Shown: positions 39,585 to 53,048 of the stretch, piece by piece
Layout: every line of letters starts with the position of its first letter
Numbering within the stretch: the first letter of the stretch is position 1
NCBI GenBank assembly: GCA_010015805.1
Contig: ML978145.1
Coordinates: 62,001-126,000 of the forward strand
Length of the DNA: 64,000 bases
Source: Rhizodiscina lignyota
Lineage: Eukaryota
Direction: 5' to 3'
The notes under the pieces: model-generated
Told to the model about the DNA's origin: nothing
Databases searched by the model: none
The model's input: only the letters and a program-made list of their open reading frames with translations
Made by a program: the position numbers and the translations under genes

Positions 39585-41740
39585 CTTTGTGAATGATCGA
39601 GGGTAGTGAACGTTGGTACGCCTGTTTCATTAAGGGTGATATGGAGCGCGGAGGAGTTGCGAGGATGGTTGGGAGTATAAGAACATGGCTAAGAAGGCTT
39701 GGAATGCGCGACACAAGGCTGTCTGCATGGGTGCGCGATTGAGGCTGTGATGTTCGGCTCTGTCGTCAAGCCTGCTCCACCGGCGACGAATCAGCGATGA
39801 CGCCTCCTTTTCTTGGCATTTCTAACTGCGCGCTAAGAATAGCATCCCCAATGGCCTCGCAAACCGCTCCCGGATGGTTCGCAGCCGGCCTGGGAACGGT
39901 GCCCCGATCGACAGGTACATCTCTACCTCTGTGGACGGGTACTCAAGTACCCATAGTCCCCCAGCACTCACCGAGATCACTTCTGTCGCCACTCTTACAG
40001 TATCATGCTACTGTTCAATTCTTGAAGCCTCGTACGAATTGGAATCTTTGCAAGACAAAGTCGGCCCCATTGCAAGAACAATGCACCCACGTTTGCGTTT
40101 AGTCTCCCCGTCTGCCGTCTCTTGACGTTCTCTGTCAACGCGTCCACGCAAGCCTCCACAGCATCGAGCACTGCCAGCGCCCATCCTCCTCTCCACATCT
40201 CACAAAATCCAAGCACAATTCTCGTATTACCAAGCATTGCAAACGTTTCAAGCTTTTTCTATCACCATAGCACTCGTAAATCTCTTCCGTGTTGTTCGAA
40301 GAATGGCATTCGCCAAGGCGCATTACTGCGCTCCTTTCCCGAACATCCATGTCTCTCACCTCTTGTGATTGCGCGTACTCCCGACCTTAGAAGCAATACA
40401 GCTTACCAAGGTCGCATGGCTTGTGTTTCAAGTTGATACAGTGCGTCTTTAGCCTCTCGCAAGGCATACTCAATTGTCTCACTGGAAGTCTCAATTACTT
40501 CAACGGCCACTCACGGTATGCCGAAGATTACTATCCCTATCCCTTTTACTCTTTCATGTACGTAAAGAGCCGTTATCAATGCTGATTTTGGTTACCCGAT
40601 CAAATATACCAATTATGTGCATCAGGATAGGTGAACTGAACCGGTGGATTGTCATCAGCGTCCCAGCGGCTGGGATGGCCGACGCTCTGGCGTAACTCCG
40701 ATTACTAGATCAAGGTTTAACACTGGGGAATATGCGTCGTAAAGACCCAGTCTCTAGCAAAGCAAGATGCCCTTTTCCTACGATCGAAAGATTGATTGGC
40801 GAAGACCTCAGGTTTTAGCGAAATCTCCGACGCTTGATGCCCCGAACCACCACACAGGAGCCATAGCGATAGCTTTTGATAGCTTCGTGGCTACTCAGCA
40901 GAGCCAATTTAATCCATCACAGACAGGCCTGCTGCAGTAGTTATATGAGCCACTGAAAGAAGAGTTCAAGAATGCACCAAAGGAGACCAGTTAGCAGCAA
41001 CATTCAGAGCCGGACACAAGCAGCAACAAGACGCCGACTTTATATTCCATGGCTGCTTATGAACTGCATCCTGGGAGCTCTATTACTTGAGATCCTCAAC
41101 GTCGAATAAATCTTTGATGTAAAATAAGTAATCGCTCTTAGAAATCGTAAAGCTGCTGCTCATGGCACAGTTTATCACCAACAAGACACGACCTGCGAGG
41201 TTAAATTCTTCAAGGAAGCGGCGGGTGCCAGTAGAGCGCTATTGATCACAGCGCTTCGTGCAGCAAAGAGGCGAAGCCGCAGCGTTAATGGGCCGTCCCG
41301 AATCCGCACTTCTCGTTGAATCCAAGATACGTAGCAGACATGTAGCCTCCGAGCGTAACCAAACACATCCTCCACAGGCGCCGACACTGAAGCTGCATAA
41401 AGGGACGCGATTTGACAATTACGCTTCTACTGCCCCCTCATAAATTCACGGTGAACATACAAGTTGCAAATACTACGATCGGACCCTGTACATAATTACA
41501 CTCGTCCTTCAGCTCCAGGCACATCGAAGTTGTGCAGAGGGGAGGACCTAGCAATATTCGCGTCTGCAAGCCAGAGAGATCGGCTTTACTATACGATACC
41601 GAGGAACAGCTGGATTTTCTTGAAAGTCGTTACAAAGCCTATAAGCGGACTCCGCACTACGTGTCATGCGCCCTCCACCGTCAGTGACGTTTTAAGTGAG
41701 TATCACACGAGGCACCGAAAGCAGAGACTCCACAGGCCAT

Positions 41741-42859
41741 TCAATTCCTTCTATTGCGTACAAAGAACTCCCTTGCTTTCTCCGCACACCCATCGAATTC
41801 CTTTGAGAATCCCAGAACATTTCCCACCAATGCGATATCGTGCGGTGCATATGGTTCGACGTGTATTTCGATGACGTTGCCTTTCATACTCCCAAGCTTC
41901 TTCGCTACTTCGATATTGTCATCGCACAAGACCTCTGCGCCCCCAGTTTGCACAAACATTGGCACCGGTGTCGCAAATGGATGCAATACCGGCGATATGT
42001 ACGGCTGCGTAGCATCCAGACCTCCTGCGAATGCACGCGCTCCCCATCCACCGAAGCCGGAGGTCAAGTAATCGGTGTTGTAATGTGGGCTCCTTAGAAT
42101 ATTGGTGGGATCTCGAGATGTCTCGATGTTTACCCATGGCGACCACAAGAACGCACATGCTGGCGGTGGAAGACCCACCTCTTCACCATGCTCCTGGATA
42201 TAGCGCAACAAGGCAAGCACCAGCGTAGCGCCTGCCGAGTCTCCAGATACGGTAACGCGGTGTGGTGGGATATGAAGGGTGTTGATCAGGTACGAATACG
42301 CAGTGATAGTATCCTGAACCTGGGCGGGGAATCTACACCCCGGGTTGCTGGCGAGTCGATATTGCGGTGCGAAGGCATATTGAAATCCAACACGCTTCAT
42401 AAGAGTTCTGCACAAATAGCCTGCGTCCTTCTCACGCCCATCGCCGACAATGAACGCCCCTCCATGTACATGTAGAAGGACATCTTCGGATTCCGCCTTC
42501 GTGTCCGAGGATTCGTAGCGACTTGGATACCATGTTCCTCCAATCTTCTGCGGCTTGATTTTCTCGTCTTTGCATGGCCCGACATACAAACTCTGATTCC
42601 CTGGTTCGATGATGGCGAACCTGTTTCCCTCAGGGCCTGGATGAAGGGATAGTGTTTGCTTCGTTTCGACGTTCGAAAGGTGGTAGAGCAAGGATCTGAG
42701 GAATCGAACTCCGAGCGCTTGTCTCATAGTCCATTCTCTACGCGGTCGTCCTCCCCTTGGAGTGTATAGAATGATCCACAATGGTAGTCGACAGACTTCC
42801 ATCATGACAGCCAGAAGGGTGTAGATGCCTTTGAATGGGTGGTAATGGATAATCGCCAT
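41741..42859 (-). CDS. Alpha/beta hydrolase fold-3 (HSL-like) esterase
   Basis: HVHGGAF oxyanion motif, YRLA, GDSAG nucleophile, SPWV and late PHD His; hydrophobic N-terminus. Confidence 0.9.
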   Translation of the reverse strand: MAIIHYHPFKGIYTLLAVMMEVCRLPLWIILYTPRGGRPRREWTMRQALGVRFLRSLLYHLSNVETKQTLSLHPGPEGNRFAIIEPGNQSLYVGPCKDEKIKPQKIGGTWYPSRYESSDTKAESEDVLLHVHGGAFIVGDGREKDAGYLCRTLMKRVGFQYAFAPQYRLASNPGCRFPAQVQDTITAYSYLINTLHIPPHRVTVSGDSAGATLVLALLRYIQEHGEEVGLPPPACAFLWSPWVNIETSRDPTNILRSPHYNTDYLTSGFGGWGARAFAGGLDATQPYISPVLHPFATPVPMFVQTGGAEVLCDDNIEVAKKLGSMKGNVIEIHVEPYAPHDIALVGNVLGFSKEFDGCAEKAREFFVRNRRN

Positions 42860-43736
42860 CTTTGAAATTGTAACCACGACAATAGATCAGAAAGGCATCT
42901 GACTTGGCCGCCAAAAATGAAGCAGCAGAGCAAGGTTAATAAACACAGCTTAGACACATGGACGCACGTCCACTCCTCTACCACTTCTGGTAGTGGGCGG
43001 GCTTGAGCGGTCAACAATTAAGCCGAGGCTGAATCTTAGAGCAACATGAAGCGGGCGCCCCATGTCGCGTCTTGTAGCAATTTGACCCGTCTGGAGGATT
43101 TCTGAGGCTTCAGGGGACCCCAGCATCGTTAATACTGAATCGGGCTGCTCGTGCGGGCACAAGAAAAGAGGTTGCTCGGAGTAGCACGCCTTCTCAGCTT
43201 ACAAGCGCGGAAATGCTCCCTCGCAGTCCGTGGGTTAGGGTTAAAGGCTGGATTTAGCTAGCTAAGATTTATTACTGCAAATAAGTCTGCCCCTTCCCCG
43301 ACTCTAGAAATGCGTTCCAGATTTGGGCCGCAACTTTCTAGGGCTCTCCTAAACTCGCTAATTTTCCTCTGATTCTTCTCATCCACTCGTCCCACTTTTC
43401 CGTTTTGCCATGCTCGCATTAATGGACATTAGCTCTTCCATTGGACAGCGTCTGGAGCCTAGCCCTGCCAAATGAAACAGCTAACATGCTGCTCTGCCTT
43501 CTACCGGGCGCTCACTCGAGCCTAGAAATGACGATGATCGCTGAATGCGAGGACGCCTCAGCTGGAGGAAGGAAGAGCGCAGTAGGCAGTCAGGATAAGT
43601 ACAGCGAAGCAGAAACATCTCGAACTCTTCTTTTCGCCATACATACTCTTATAGCTGTATTATTTCAGACTTCCTTTCTGTTAATATAGTCATTTTCTTA
43701 ATCTACATATTTGCGTTCGCCTTGCTTATTAGAGCA

Positions 43737-45224
43737 ATGGGCAACACTAATTCTGCTGTTCAGCAATGTCTTACTAGTGCCGTTGGAGGAGATACCTCCT
43801 TGGTCGCTTTCCAGAGTAATCCGCTCTTTCAGATTATCGACGTCAAGCCGTACAATTTGGATATTCCAGTCAACCCGGCAGCGGTTACATACCCGAAGAC
43901 GCCCGATCATGTCTCAGGGATTGTGAGATGCGCCGCAGATGCACAACTCAAAGTTCAGGCCAAAAGCGGAGGACATAGTTATGGGAACTATGGTATGTTT
44001 CTTGCCTAAGTGCTTATCTGCATTCCTCCCAGGAAGATAACTGATGACCGGATAGGACTCGGTGGCACCGATAATGCTGTCGTTATTGACATGAAGAACT
44101 TCAATCAGTTTTCGATGGACAATACCACCTGGACGGCCACCATCGGCTCAGGCACTCTTCTTGGCGACGTGACTACGAATCTGCACGATGCCGGTGGCCG
44201 TGCTATGGCCCACGGCACCTGCCCTGAAGTCGGCATCGGCGGGCACGCAACAATCGGCGGGCTGGGCCCAACGAGCCGAATGTATGGATCTGCCCTTGAC
44301 CACGTGATGGAAGTTGAAGTCGTTCTGGCGAACGGGACTGTAACTCGTGTCTCCCAATCGCAGAATCCAGATCTACTCTTCGCACTAAAAGGCGCCGGAG
44401 CTGGCTTTGGCGTCATTACTGAGTTTATTGTCCGGACAGAGCCTGAACCGGGGGAGATGGTTCAGTACAGCTATACCTTCAGCTTCGGATCATTTTCATC
44501 ATTGACGCAGCTCTATATGGACTGGCAGTCCTTCGTGTCCGATCCGAAACTGAGTCGCAAAGTTGCAGGCGAGCTTGTACTCATGGAACTTGGGATAATC
44601 ATCAGCGGAACATACTTTGGTCCAAAATCCGAATTCAACGCGTTGAAACTCGAAGAGAAATTTCCCAATAGCACCAAATCAAGCGTCGTGGTGTTTGACG
44701 ACTGGCTCGGCATGGCAAGCCACTGGGCCGAAGACGTTGCCTTGGAGCTGGGTGGAGGTATCCCGGCACCATTCTACTCCAAGTCATTGGCATTCACGAA
44801 CGAGACTCTTCTGTCTTCTTCCACCGTTGGCGAGTTATTCAACTATCTTGACACCGCTGATAAAGGAACCCTACTCTGGTTTGCAATTTTCGATCTCGAG
44901 GGAGGCGCAGTGGGTGACATTGCTTCTGATACCACGGCCTACGCGCACCGTGATGCGCTATTGTTCTTGCAGACTTATGCGATCGACATAGGCAAAGTTT
45001 CAAACACAACGCGTGCATTCCTCGATGACATGAATGACGTTCTCACTAAGGCGATGCCTAAAGTCTCGGCAAATGGCGCCTACCCTGGATATGTGGATCC
45101 AGCACTGCCAAACGGACAGGAGGCTTACTGGGGCTCGAACTTGCCCAAGTTGGAGAAGATCAAGAAGGCGGTCGATCCGAACGACGTATTTCACAACCCT
45201 CAGAGCGTCAGGCCGGCGAGTTGA
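43737..45224 (+). CDS. FAD-linked oxidoreductase, berberine-bridge / glucooligosaccharide-oxidase (AA7-like) family (2 exons)
   Basis: KSGGHSYGNY, AHGTCPEVGIGGHATIGGLG and C-terminal YPGYVD...YWGSNLPKL..IK..VDPNDVFHNPQSV. Confidence 0.92.
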
Positions 45225-45341
45225 AATTGTTAGAAGTGTTTAATTAGTTCATAATGGAATATGACTGGATACTCAAAGTACTTATCAACTCCTGCAATGC
45301 TGCAAGCGCCGTGGCAATGCATAATAATTAATGCAGAATCA

Positions 45342-48300
45342 TCACCAGATTCTCTTCGCAACCATGGCGTACCGGTCAACATTCGTGAGATCAGGCATCT
45401 TTCCCTCTCTAGCTTCCTTCCTTGCGTTTTCATCCCGTTTCCTAATCTTCTCAAGACCTTTGTCGTCGCCCTGATAGATCCACCTTCTTTTCTCCTCGTC
45501 GACCTCAACCACACCCCACCCGCCAACTCTCTTTCCTTCTGTCTCTATATTCTCTCTCTCACGCTCCTTCATCGTCTTGTAACGACGGCGTGCAAAGCTG
45601 AGAAGAGACATGCCGAGGACTAGCTTCGCTGCAAGCAAGAACAGATAGCAGACTCCAAAGAAAGCCACCATAGTAGCAAGCGCGATCAAATCATCAACGT
45701 CCCACCAACGAAACCCGGTGTCAGAATCCGGGATTCCCGTTACGCCGGCGCCGAAACTAGAACGACCGAGTGCTCGGCGGAATATTTGGTCGATATGAGC
45801 GAGAGCTTCCATGGTAGCGGTTGAAGTGGCAGACTCGACCGAGACGGACGTTGCGGTCGACGGTATCGGGAGCGGCATATGTGTGGCAAGGAACATATGA
45901 TACGTCTGGGTTGCCGCGCGAATAAAGAGACAGGCCAATGGAAGAACAGGAAGCCCAAGACGCTTGGTCAGATTCTGTTCGGCGAAAGCCTGAACTGTTG
46001 TTAGAAACACTACAACCTTGAAGTGCAGATTATTCAGACTTACGTGAGTATAATAATCTTTAGCAATGACGTCGAGAAAGCGCCCGTAGATGTCAGGCTT
46101 CGTGTTGTTGAATTTGTTGATGTATGCATGCTTAAGCCAATCTACGAGCATCTCGCTTCCGAGGACAATCAAAAAAGGTCCGAGAACTTCACCAGTCCAA
46201 CTCGGAAGAACAGTGAAAGCCTTTGGCAGTATGCTCGTGCTTGTAAGGGGGGCACTAGTGGCGTTGCTACTAGCACTATTCGTGCTCGACGAACCTAAAA
46301 CAGTCGAAAGGCTAATACTAAGATTGCCGACCTCGACAACGTTGCGTAGAGCGATGATTGTCAGCATCAACCACAGCTGAAAACGCTCCACGACGTCCGC
46401 ACAGGTTAGCTGAAAGAGATTCTCTTTCTCGAACTTTTTGAAAACTGTGCCCTTGATCTCCACGAATTGATTGGACATTAGAAGCGTTAGTAACGCATTG
46501 GAGTAGGAGTTGACCGCAACATTGAGAGTGATGACCTGGTAGAACAATGCTGTGGCATGCACGACATTGTAGATGAGAGCGAGAATAAACATCCACAGCG
46601 GTCGTAACACTTTACTTCGGCCATTTGCGTCTCGATTCAGGACTTCGCCGGAGAAGAGACATTCCAGAACATCTTGTCCAATAGCAGACAAAAGGCGATC
46701 CGCAACCTACGCTCAGAATTAGTGAGAGATTACCTCATATCGAGGGAACGGACATACCTCAAGCACATTGTAAATGACATACAGCTTGATGGCGGCTTGG
46801 CCACGGATACTGTGATACATGCGACTCGCATCGAATCGTAAAAGTATAGAACAGCTAGCAATAACAAGAAGACCTTTCAAGAGATCTGCTTTGTGGCCGG
46901 AGCCGAGAGCAGAAGGAGTCGACCTCGATCGTCGGTGCTTGTTCAGAGCGTTCCTCGAGGTCTTCCGACTCTGCTCTGATGCAATGGATCCGTTCGCAGT
47001 AGCCTTACGAGGAGATTCGGAGGATCTCTCGCTAGACTGGATGCTCGGCGAGCGACGTGCTTGCAAGTTTTCAAGCTCTTTCTTCGGGATCGACGATGTA
47101 CGTCGCCGTCCGCGTCTTCGAATCCAAAGCCTAGGAATACCTTGATATATAAAGCCTCCTATATCTCTAGCCTCTCGAGCAAGATTCTGAATCATCCATT
47201 CCGCTAAGATGCTGATAGCCTTAAAGAATCGTAGAGGTAGGATCGTGAAGATGTAAAGGAAGGCATCCAAGCACGCAAATGCGCCAAAGCCGAGGACGTA
47301 CTCGAGTTCCGGTGGTAGTCGCAAGAAGTTCAGCAATCGCTCGAATTTCACTGCCGAAGACTCGTAAGGAAATTCTGCCGTGGCTGAGCGATGTATATAC
47401 AGTGGTGAAGGTCTTTCAGAAGAGATCTCAAGCTGAAGATAGGTAGGAATCGACATCGGTGGAAGCGGTATGCTTGAAGGCATTGGCGATGGCATACTCG
47501 GAACACCTGAAGCTGGCTTGAGGGCTCCATTTGCAGTTTTGATGTCCTTCAAGTCCAATGGAGGGGGTATTGCCTTTTCGCCTCTACTCTGGTTAACGTT
47601 CTGCTGAAGAGCGGAGTGAGTTTTTGTGCCCGATTTTCGACGCACGTTCGGAGGAGTGGACATCGTGCGGGTCATGCCAGAAGGTCTGAGGATAGTGCTC
47701 TCTGTAGACATTGTTCCCATAGCTGTCTGAGGCTCTTTCTGTTCATCTCCGCTGTTGACGCGCAACGGGGGAAATGGCATGCCATTTGTATGCACACGGC
47801 CGTTCGGAAAGCTAGAATTGCCCTCTCTTCCCCGAGTTACATTCTCTCCAATTTCCTTATAGCCATCTAACTTTTCCGAATCAGGGACTAGCGATAGCAA
47901 TGGAGGACGTTGCGATTGCTTTTCTTCTAGTGGTGTTGCAGCCCGGACGGGTAGTGATTCGGGGGACGAGGTCAATTCGTGAATTTTGGCAGGCGAGAGC
48001 TTCAGTACTTCACTGACAGCAGTAGGAGATGTTATCCTAGAAGAACTGGTCCTTCGCTTCGAGATGACATCCTGCGAAGGTCTCCTGGCCTTAGGTAAGA
48101 CAGTCTCCGGGATGCCGTCAAGTTGCAAGATGTCTTCTTCGGCGTGCGGCCTATCCGCGCCATGTGTGCTACCAGTGCCATTGACAACTATTGCTTTGGC
48201 AACCAGTGACTGTGCTTCCCCCTTTGGCTCTATTCCTTTGAATAGAGGGCTTCCCAAGGGCGATATCGAAGGAGTAGGTAGCTGTCCATTTGCGGGACTC

Positions 48301-48356
48301 GAAGCGCTTCGTTTCCGTTTATCGTCCCCAGCATTTGCTGTGAGAGTAGCCTCCAT
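45342..48356 (-). CDS. TAPT1/EMP65 (DUF747) family ER membrane protein
   Basis: DASRMYHSIRGQAAIKLYVIYNVLEV, ITLNVAVNSYSNALLTLLMSNQFVEIKGTVFKKFEKENLFQLTCADVVERFQ and SEMLVDWLKHAYINKFN. Confidence 0.9.
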
Positions 48357-48638
48357 ACTACCACTCGTCAGTGTGTGTAGCTCGCCGCATGCTTCGAAGC
48401 TTCCTTTGAGCCTCAAATCAGAGCGATCTTGGTATCTATTGGCCGTATGAAGGATTCGACACTCATTGTTGCGGGCTCGGAGGTGCCAGCGGTACGGCAC
48501 ACTGCAGCACAGATAAGGACACCACCGGACTTTGTGTGTTTGCCCTTGGCTTCACAAACAGCGTCATCAGCATCTGCCTACGCTCCATGGATCTTATAAG
48601 AACCTCCCTTCTGTATTCTAAAACACAACCAAGCAACA

Positions 48639-49347
48639 ATGTCGGGCTACGAAGGTGAGCATCAATAATTGAAAGTAAAGCTTCATTGCTAACATATCGC
48701 AGTCGAACATAACCTGGCAGGTCAGCCAGGACAGGAGCAAGCCTCACAGCGTGCCCGCCGCCCCGACCTCTCGACTTTCTTTTCGACCTTGGAGCTCGTC
48801 GATACGTCCGGAGAGCAGCAAGCACATCTCAATACTCATGCAGTCCCTCTGCCTGAGGATGTCGCTGCTCTATACCGTAATCTTGCAAATGCATTTGAAA
48901 TGATGCGAGGAGGAGCAAGTGGACCACAGCAGGAGGGCACCAACAACCTCTTAGCTTCGCTCGTTGAAGAGCTCATGCGCAATGCTGATGATCCACCTAC
49001 CGAGGTGAAAGGCGTTCCCGATAGCTTCTTAGATGAGCTAGACAGGGTGCCGAAGAAGAGCTTAAAGCCAGCCGACAGCTGCCCCATCTGCGGGAACCCG
49101 TTTCTTGACGGTATGTGAGGCATCTATGATACTTTCTATGAGCTCTGCTGATAAATAACTAGATGAATACCCTCTGGTCGTGGTCCTGCCTTGCTCTCCC
49201 ATGCACAAGTTCGACTTGGAATGTATTCGGCCCTGGCTGAAGCTTAATCCGACTTGTCCACTTGACAGGAAGGAGCTTCTCAAAAAGAAAGCTCCTCCGC
49301 CTCCTCCTGATGATGACGATGGCGAGTATGATGATTACTACGCTTAA
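48639..49347 (+). CDS. Small RING-finger (RING-H2 variant) putative E3 ligase (3 exons)
   Basis: MSGYE|VEHN... with C-terminal CPICGNPFLD|DEYPLVVVLPCSPMHKFDLECIRPWLKLNPTCPLDR; TAA at 49345-49347. Confidence 0.85.
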
Positions 49348-50678
49348 CGACCTTTATGCACCTGCACTACTGCTGAGGAACTTGGATTGATAGGTTGCCG
49401 AGTCTGCAGCACCGTCTACATATATGCTTGTCTACGGCTGAACAAGCAAGGAATTCCAAAGACACCACTTGAGCGGGGAAGGAATTGAGGGAATTGAAGC
49501 TGCACTGCACGCAGATTATGTTAGATCGAAACATGCGGGGCCATCCTGGAAGTATCTTGCTTGACAGGTGGAGAGATTGACGTGTAGAGATTGACGTCTG
49601 AACATAGCCTCCAAGGAACGTGCAGCCATGGCCTATATTGTAGGACTATTTTTTTCGGGCAATGCTCTTCTTCTCAGCTCCGGCAGCGGTTACGCATAGT
49701 ACAGGATGAAGATACAGCAGCCAAACTTGTGTAATACACGAGGTCGGAGTGAGGTGGCTTCTACCCTCTTAACACGCATTGCTGTGGAACGATTCAATTG
49801 AGGCTTTATGAAACGAAACGAAAAGTTCCCAAATATACTTTCGAGTTCCCGAATCTCAGGTGCGACAGATCTCAGAAATTTGGTTCAACATTATTCTTAG
49901 TCCAGTTTCTCGATTGACTTTGTCAGCTGTCTAGACATATGAAAGACTCAAGTCTGTCGTTTCGGCGATGACTGGAAACACCATGCGAGTTTTCTAGGGG
50001 TCAATGTGATCTTCGATAATCGCAATCTGAAAGATGCCTCGCAGAAGGACGCGTTATTCGTGTGGTATGCATTCAGCAGTGTTCACCAGCATTAACTCTT
50101 TTAAGCAAGACTCATTTTGCCTATCCTAGTTTCACCGCAATGGGCTAGAATCCCACTCGAAGTGACTCGATTTGCTTGTGAGGCCGCTCCTTATGGAAAG
50201 TCCACCAACTCACCGAAGATTTCCGCGGAACATGAATTCCGAATCTTTCTTAGTCACCAGCGGCTTCCTGAGGTTTATAGAGAGCAGTTTCCAAATATTG
50301 AAGTGGCGCCGCGGCAATAAATTGTCGTTCAGTAATTTAGACAGCTACGGTTTGGCAACACTAACATGCTCGGCATTCCATCAACTCAAACACAAATGGA
50401 AGTTGCTTCAAACCACCACCTACGATCGACACCAATGGCTAGGCTAAAGCTTAGCCTGGACCCTTGCACTATCCTTCAGCCGTGAGCCGCAGAAGGGCGA
50501 AGGGCGTAAAGTATCTGACTAAGCATTCTCTGTGGCATCACGCGATTACACATCTTCATAACTTGATCTTCGCCTCCATTGTTCAAACTGCGAGAATTAT
50601 AATGCTCTTATGCCAGATACAATGCTGCCACTGATTCCATCATCAACAAGTTCGAACGGAGTTTGTCTAAAGTAGCCG

Positions 50679-53048
50679 ATGCCAGCTACGAAAAGAGACA
50701 AATATACTGCGCGAGCCTGGTAAGCCCACTTCTATTCGTATTTTCATTCTGACTGACAAACCAACAGTGCAGATTGCCAGAGACGGAAAATTAAATGCTC
50801 TGGTGATGAACCATCGTGTGGGAACTGTCTATCCCGATCGATTCCGTGCGAATATGACGGAGTTCAACGGTCTCGACGAGCGGTGAAGCGGACGCGAGTG
50901 GAAGAGGACAAACCGTTCGTGAAGCAAAGCCAACTGTCCCAGACAAGTTACTTACCTCCTTGAAGAGTACAGCCCGAGCCAAATAAACTGCGACCGGCAG
51001 CTTCGTCTGAAGAACTGCGAAAGGAGAATGAACGGTTCAAGAAGGAGATCGAGCAGTTGCGGCAGGATATAGATCGTTTGTTCAGAACCAAAGATAGCGA
51101 TCGCAGCCTTCCCAGCACCGATGGACTTCCTGTACCCACCTGCACCGCGAGCATTCGCAATTCCAGCACTCGTCCGGATGATGCTAGTTCCGCCGCAACT
51201 GCTCTGTCGAGCCATGGTAACACCGACACATTCGAGACTTCCAGCCCCTGGCCCAGCCCCTTAGCAGTGAGCTCTCTGATTAGTATGCTGAGGAAGTATG
51301 TCGGCCGCAATCCTGATGTTGATTCGATTCCGACGACACCACCATCGATGAACGAGACTCTGTTCATAACACTCCCGCCGCCAGAGAGATTACAAGCGCT
51401 TGTAAATTCCTTCTTCTTCCAATTCGACTGCTATTTTCCGCTCCTGGATCGAGTCAACTTCAAGAAGTGTGTTGCTGAGGCTTTCAAGAACTTGTCTTAT
51501 AGCGAGACAAATCGACGAGTGTCAGTTGGCGTTCAACACTACAAGACGATGGCAATACTCTGCACCGTCCTCGCGTTTGGAGCGCCGTTCCTTGACCCTA
51601 TAGACACTCCCGAGCCACGCGCTGGATGGACTCAGTACCTCCAAGGCAGGCAGCTGATACAGTCCACAGAGATTCCAGGCGACGACGACATCGACGTTGT
51701 TGTCTATCACACCGTGTCTGCGGCTTACTTGTTCCATGCTGAAATGCTCCGCGCTGCCCAGAAGCATATTGTGCAGGCCTTCCAGGCTGCCCAAGTCGCC
51801 AGACTTAATGATCAACAGACATGGAATGATGGACGTCCAAACATGGCATTCCCCCGCAGTCTTTGGTGGAACCTATATTTTCTCGACAAACGGATAACCC
51901 AAAAGAGCGGAGTGGCGTACTTCATTCGTGAATCGGAAGTCGCTGTAGACGACTTTTCAAAACACTATATCAGTCGGTGGTTTCAGGAGGTGGATGCGGA
52001 GCATCAGGATTTCATACAAACCATGATCTTGTACAGCAGGCTGTGGACACGCACGTGGGATTCATTCTTTGCCCCTAGATCTATCAATGCGAAGAACTGG
52101 GAAGAAGTTTTGATAATGGACGCCCGCGTAATGATTGCCGAGCGACATGTGGCTCCTCAACTACGATGGAAGACAGACCAGTTCGAGGAGCTCGTCAGAA
52201 AGGGCGAGGAGGAATATCGAGTCCGACGCCGGCTTCTCGTGTATACGCGGTTCCAGGAGCTCCGGTTGACCATCCGGCAAGAGAGCCTCCCAGACAAAGA
52301 AATCGACTATCAACGGCGTCGGTCTTGCTTCCACATTGCGAAAGATATTGTTGATGCTGTTGAGAAGTATTTGAACAAGTTCCCGGCGAATAGAGCGGCA
52401 GAGTACATGATCACCTCAACTCTTGTAAAGGCGATATATTATATCGTCCCAGAGAGTAGAGATGAGAATACGCCGCTTGATATAGAAATGGTGCGGGGTA
52501 CTCTGCGCCTCGCAAGTACTCTGCTGAAATCTCTCGTTAACAACGTGGCTGCGGCAAACCGAGCATATCAGGCACTTCGGTGTGTTCTCCTTATAGACGA
52601 GGAAGAAGCGGCGCGATCTTCAGCTCGTGAGGAGGACGCATTGCAAGCGCAAAATGGTATCGGCGAGACTACGAAAACACAATGCGACTCCGAAGAGGGA
52701 ACGGCATGCGAGGTCCCTAAGTTACCGCAGGAGCTCTGGAATCATCCTCTGCAATTCCCATCCATGTCGGCCAGTAGTCTGGAACATGTCACCGCGCAAA
52801 TGATGGAGTCGAACACATACATGATTGATGAGAGCCAGGCATTCTCTCAACCCTACACAACGAACGCAATGGCGTACAATTTTCCTTCAAGTTCGGCCGG
52901 CAACTTGAACTTTGGCCTCGGTCCTCCGTCATCAAGTATTTCGAACGGTTCGTTTTTCAACCTTGATGTGGGCTGGGAGGTGAACGAACTGCAGCGGCAT
53001 CAAGTCGCCCCCGACTTTGATTGGAATAACATCCAGTTTAATATATAG
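50679..53048 (+). CDS. Zn(II)2Cys6 transcription factor with fungal-specific TF domain (TF3)
   Basis: Spliced MPATKRDKYTARA|CADCQRRKIKCSGDEPSCGNCLSRSIPCEY. A 51-nt intron (50915-50965) removes an in-frame TGA, then ORF 51057 follows with RSLWWNLYFLDKR. Confidence 0.88.

Noticed and set aside
39700..41700. Short ORFs and an intron-like GTACGT..CTGAT..CAG segment near 40558-40625
   Set aside because: No coherent spliced reading frame or recognisable motif could be built.
43232..43243. Telomerase RNA template (TAACCCTAA on the minus strand)
   Set aside because: The site is under 400 bp upstream of the esterase ATG on the same strand, so a kb-scale telomerase RNA would overlap that gene. No other supporting elements were seen.
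49571..49597. Tandem AGAGATTGACGT (CRE-like half sites)
   Set aside because: Only two copies, about 1.1 kb from the next ATG, and explainable as slippage.
50961..50963. In-frame TGA in TF3 suggesting a pseudogene
   Set aside because: Removed by a plausible 51-nt intron (GTTCGT..AAG, 50915-50965).
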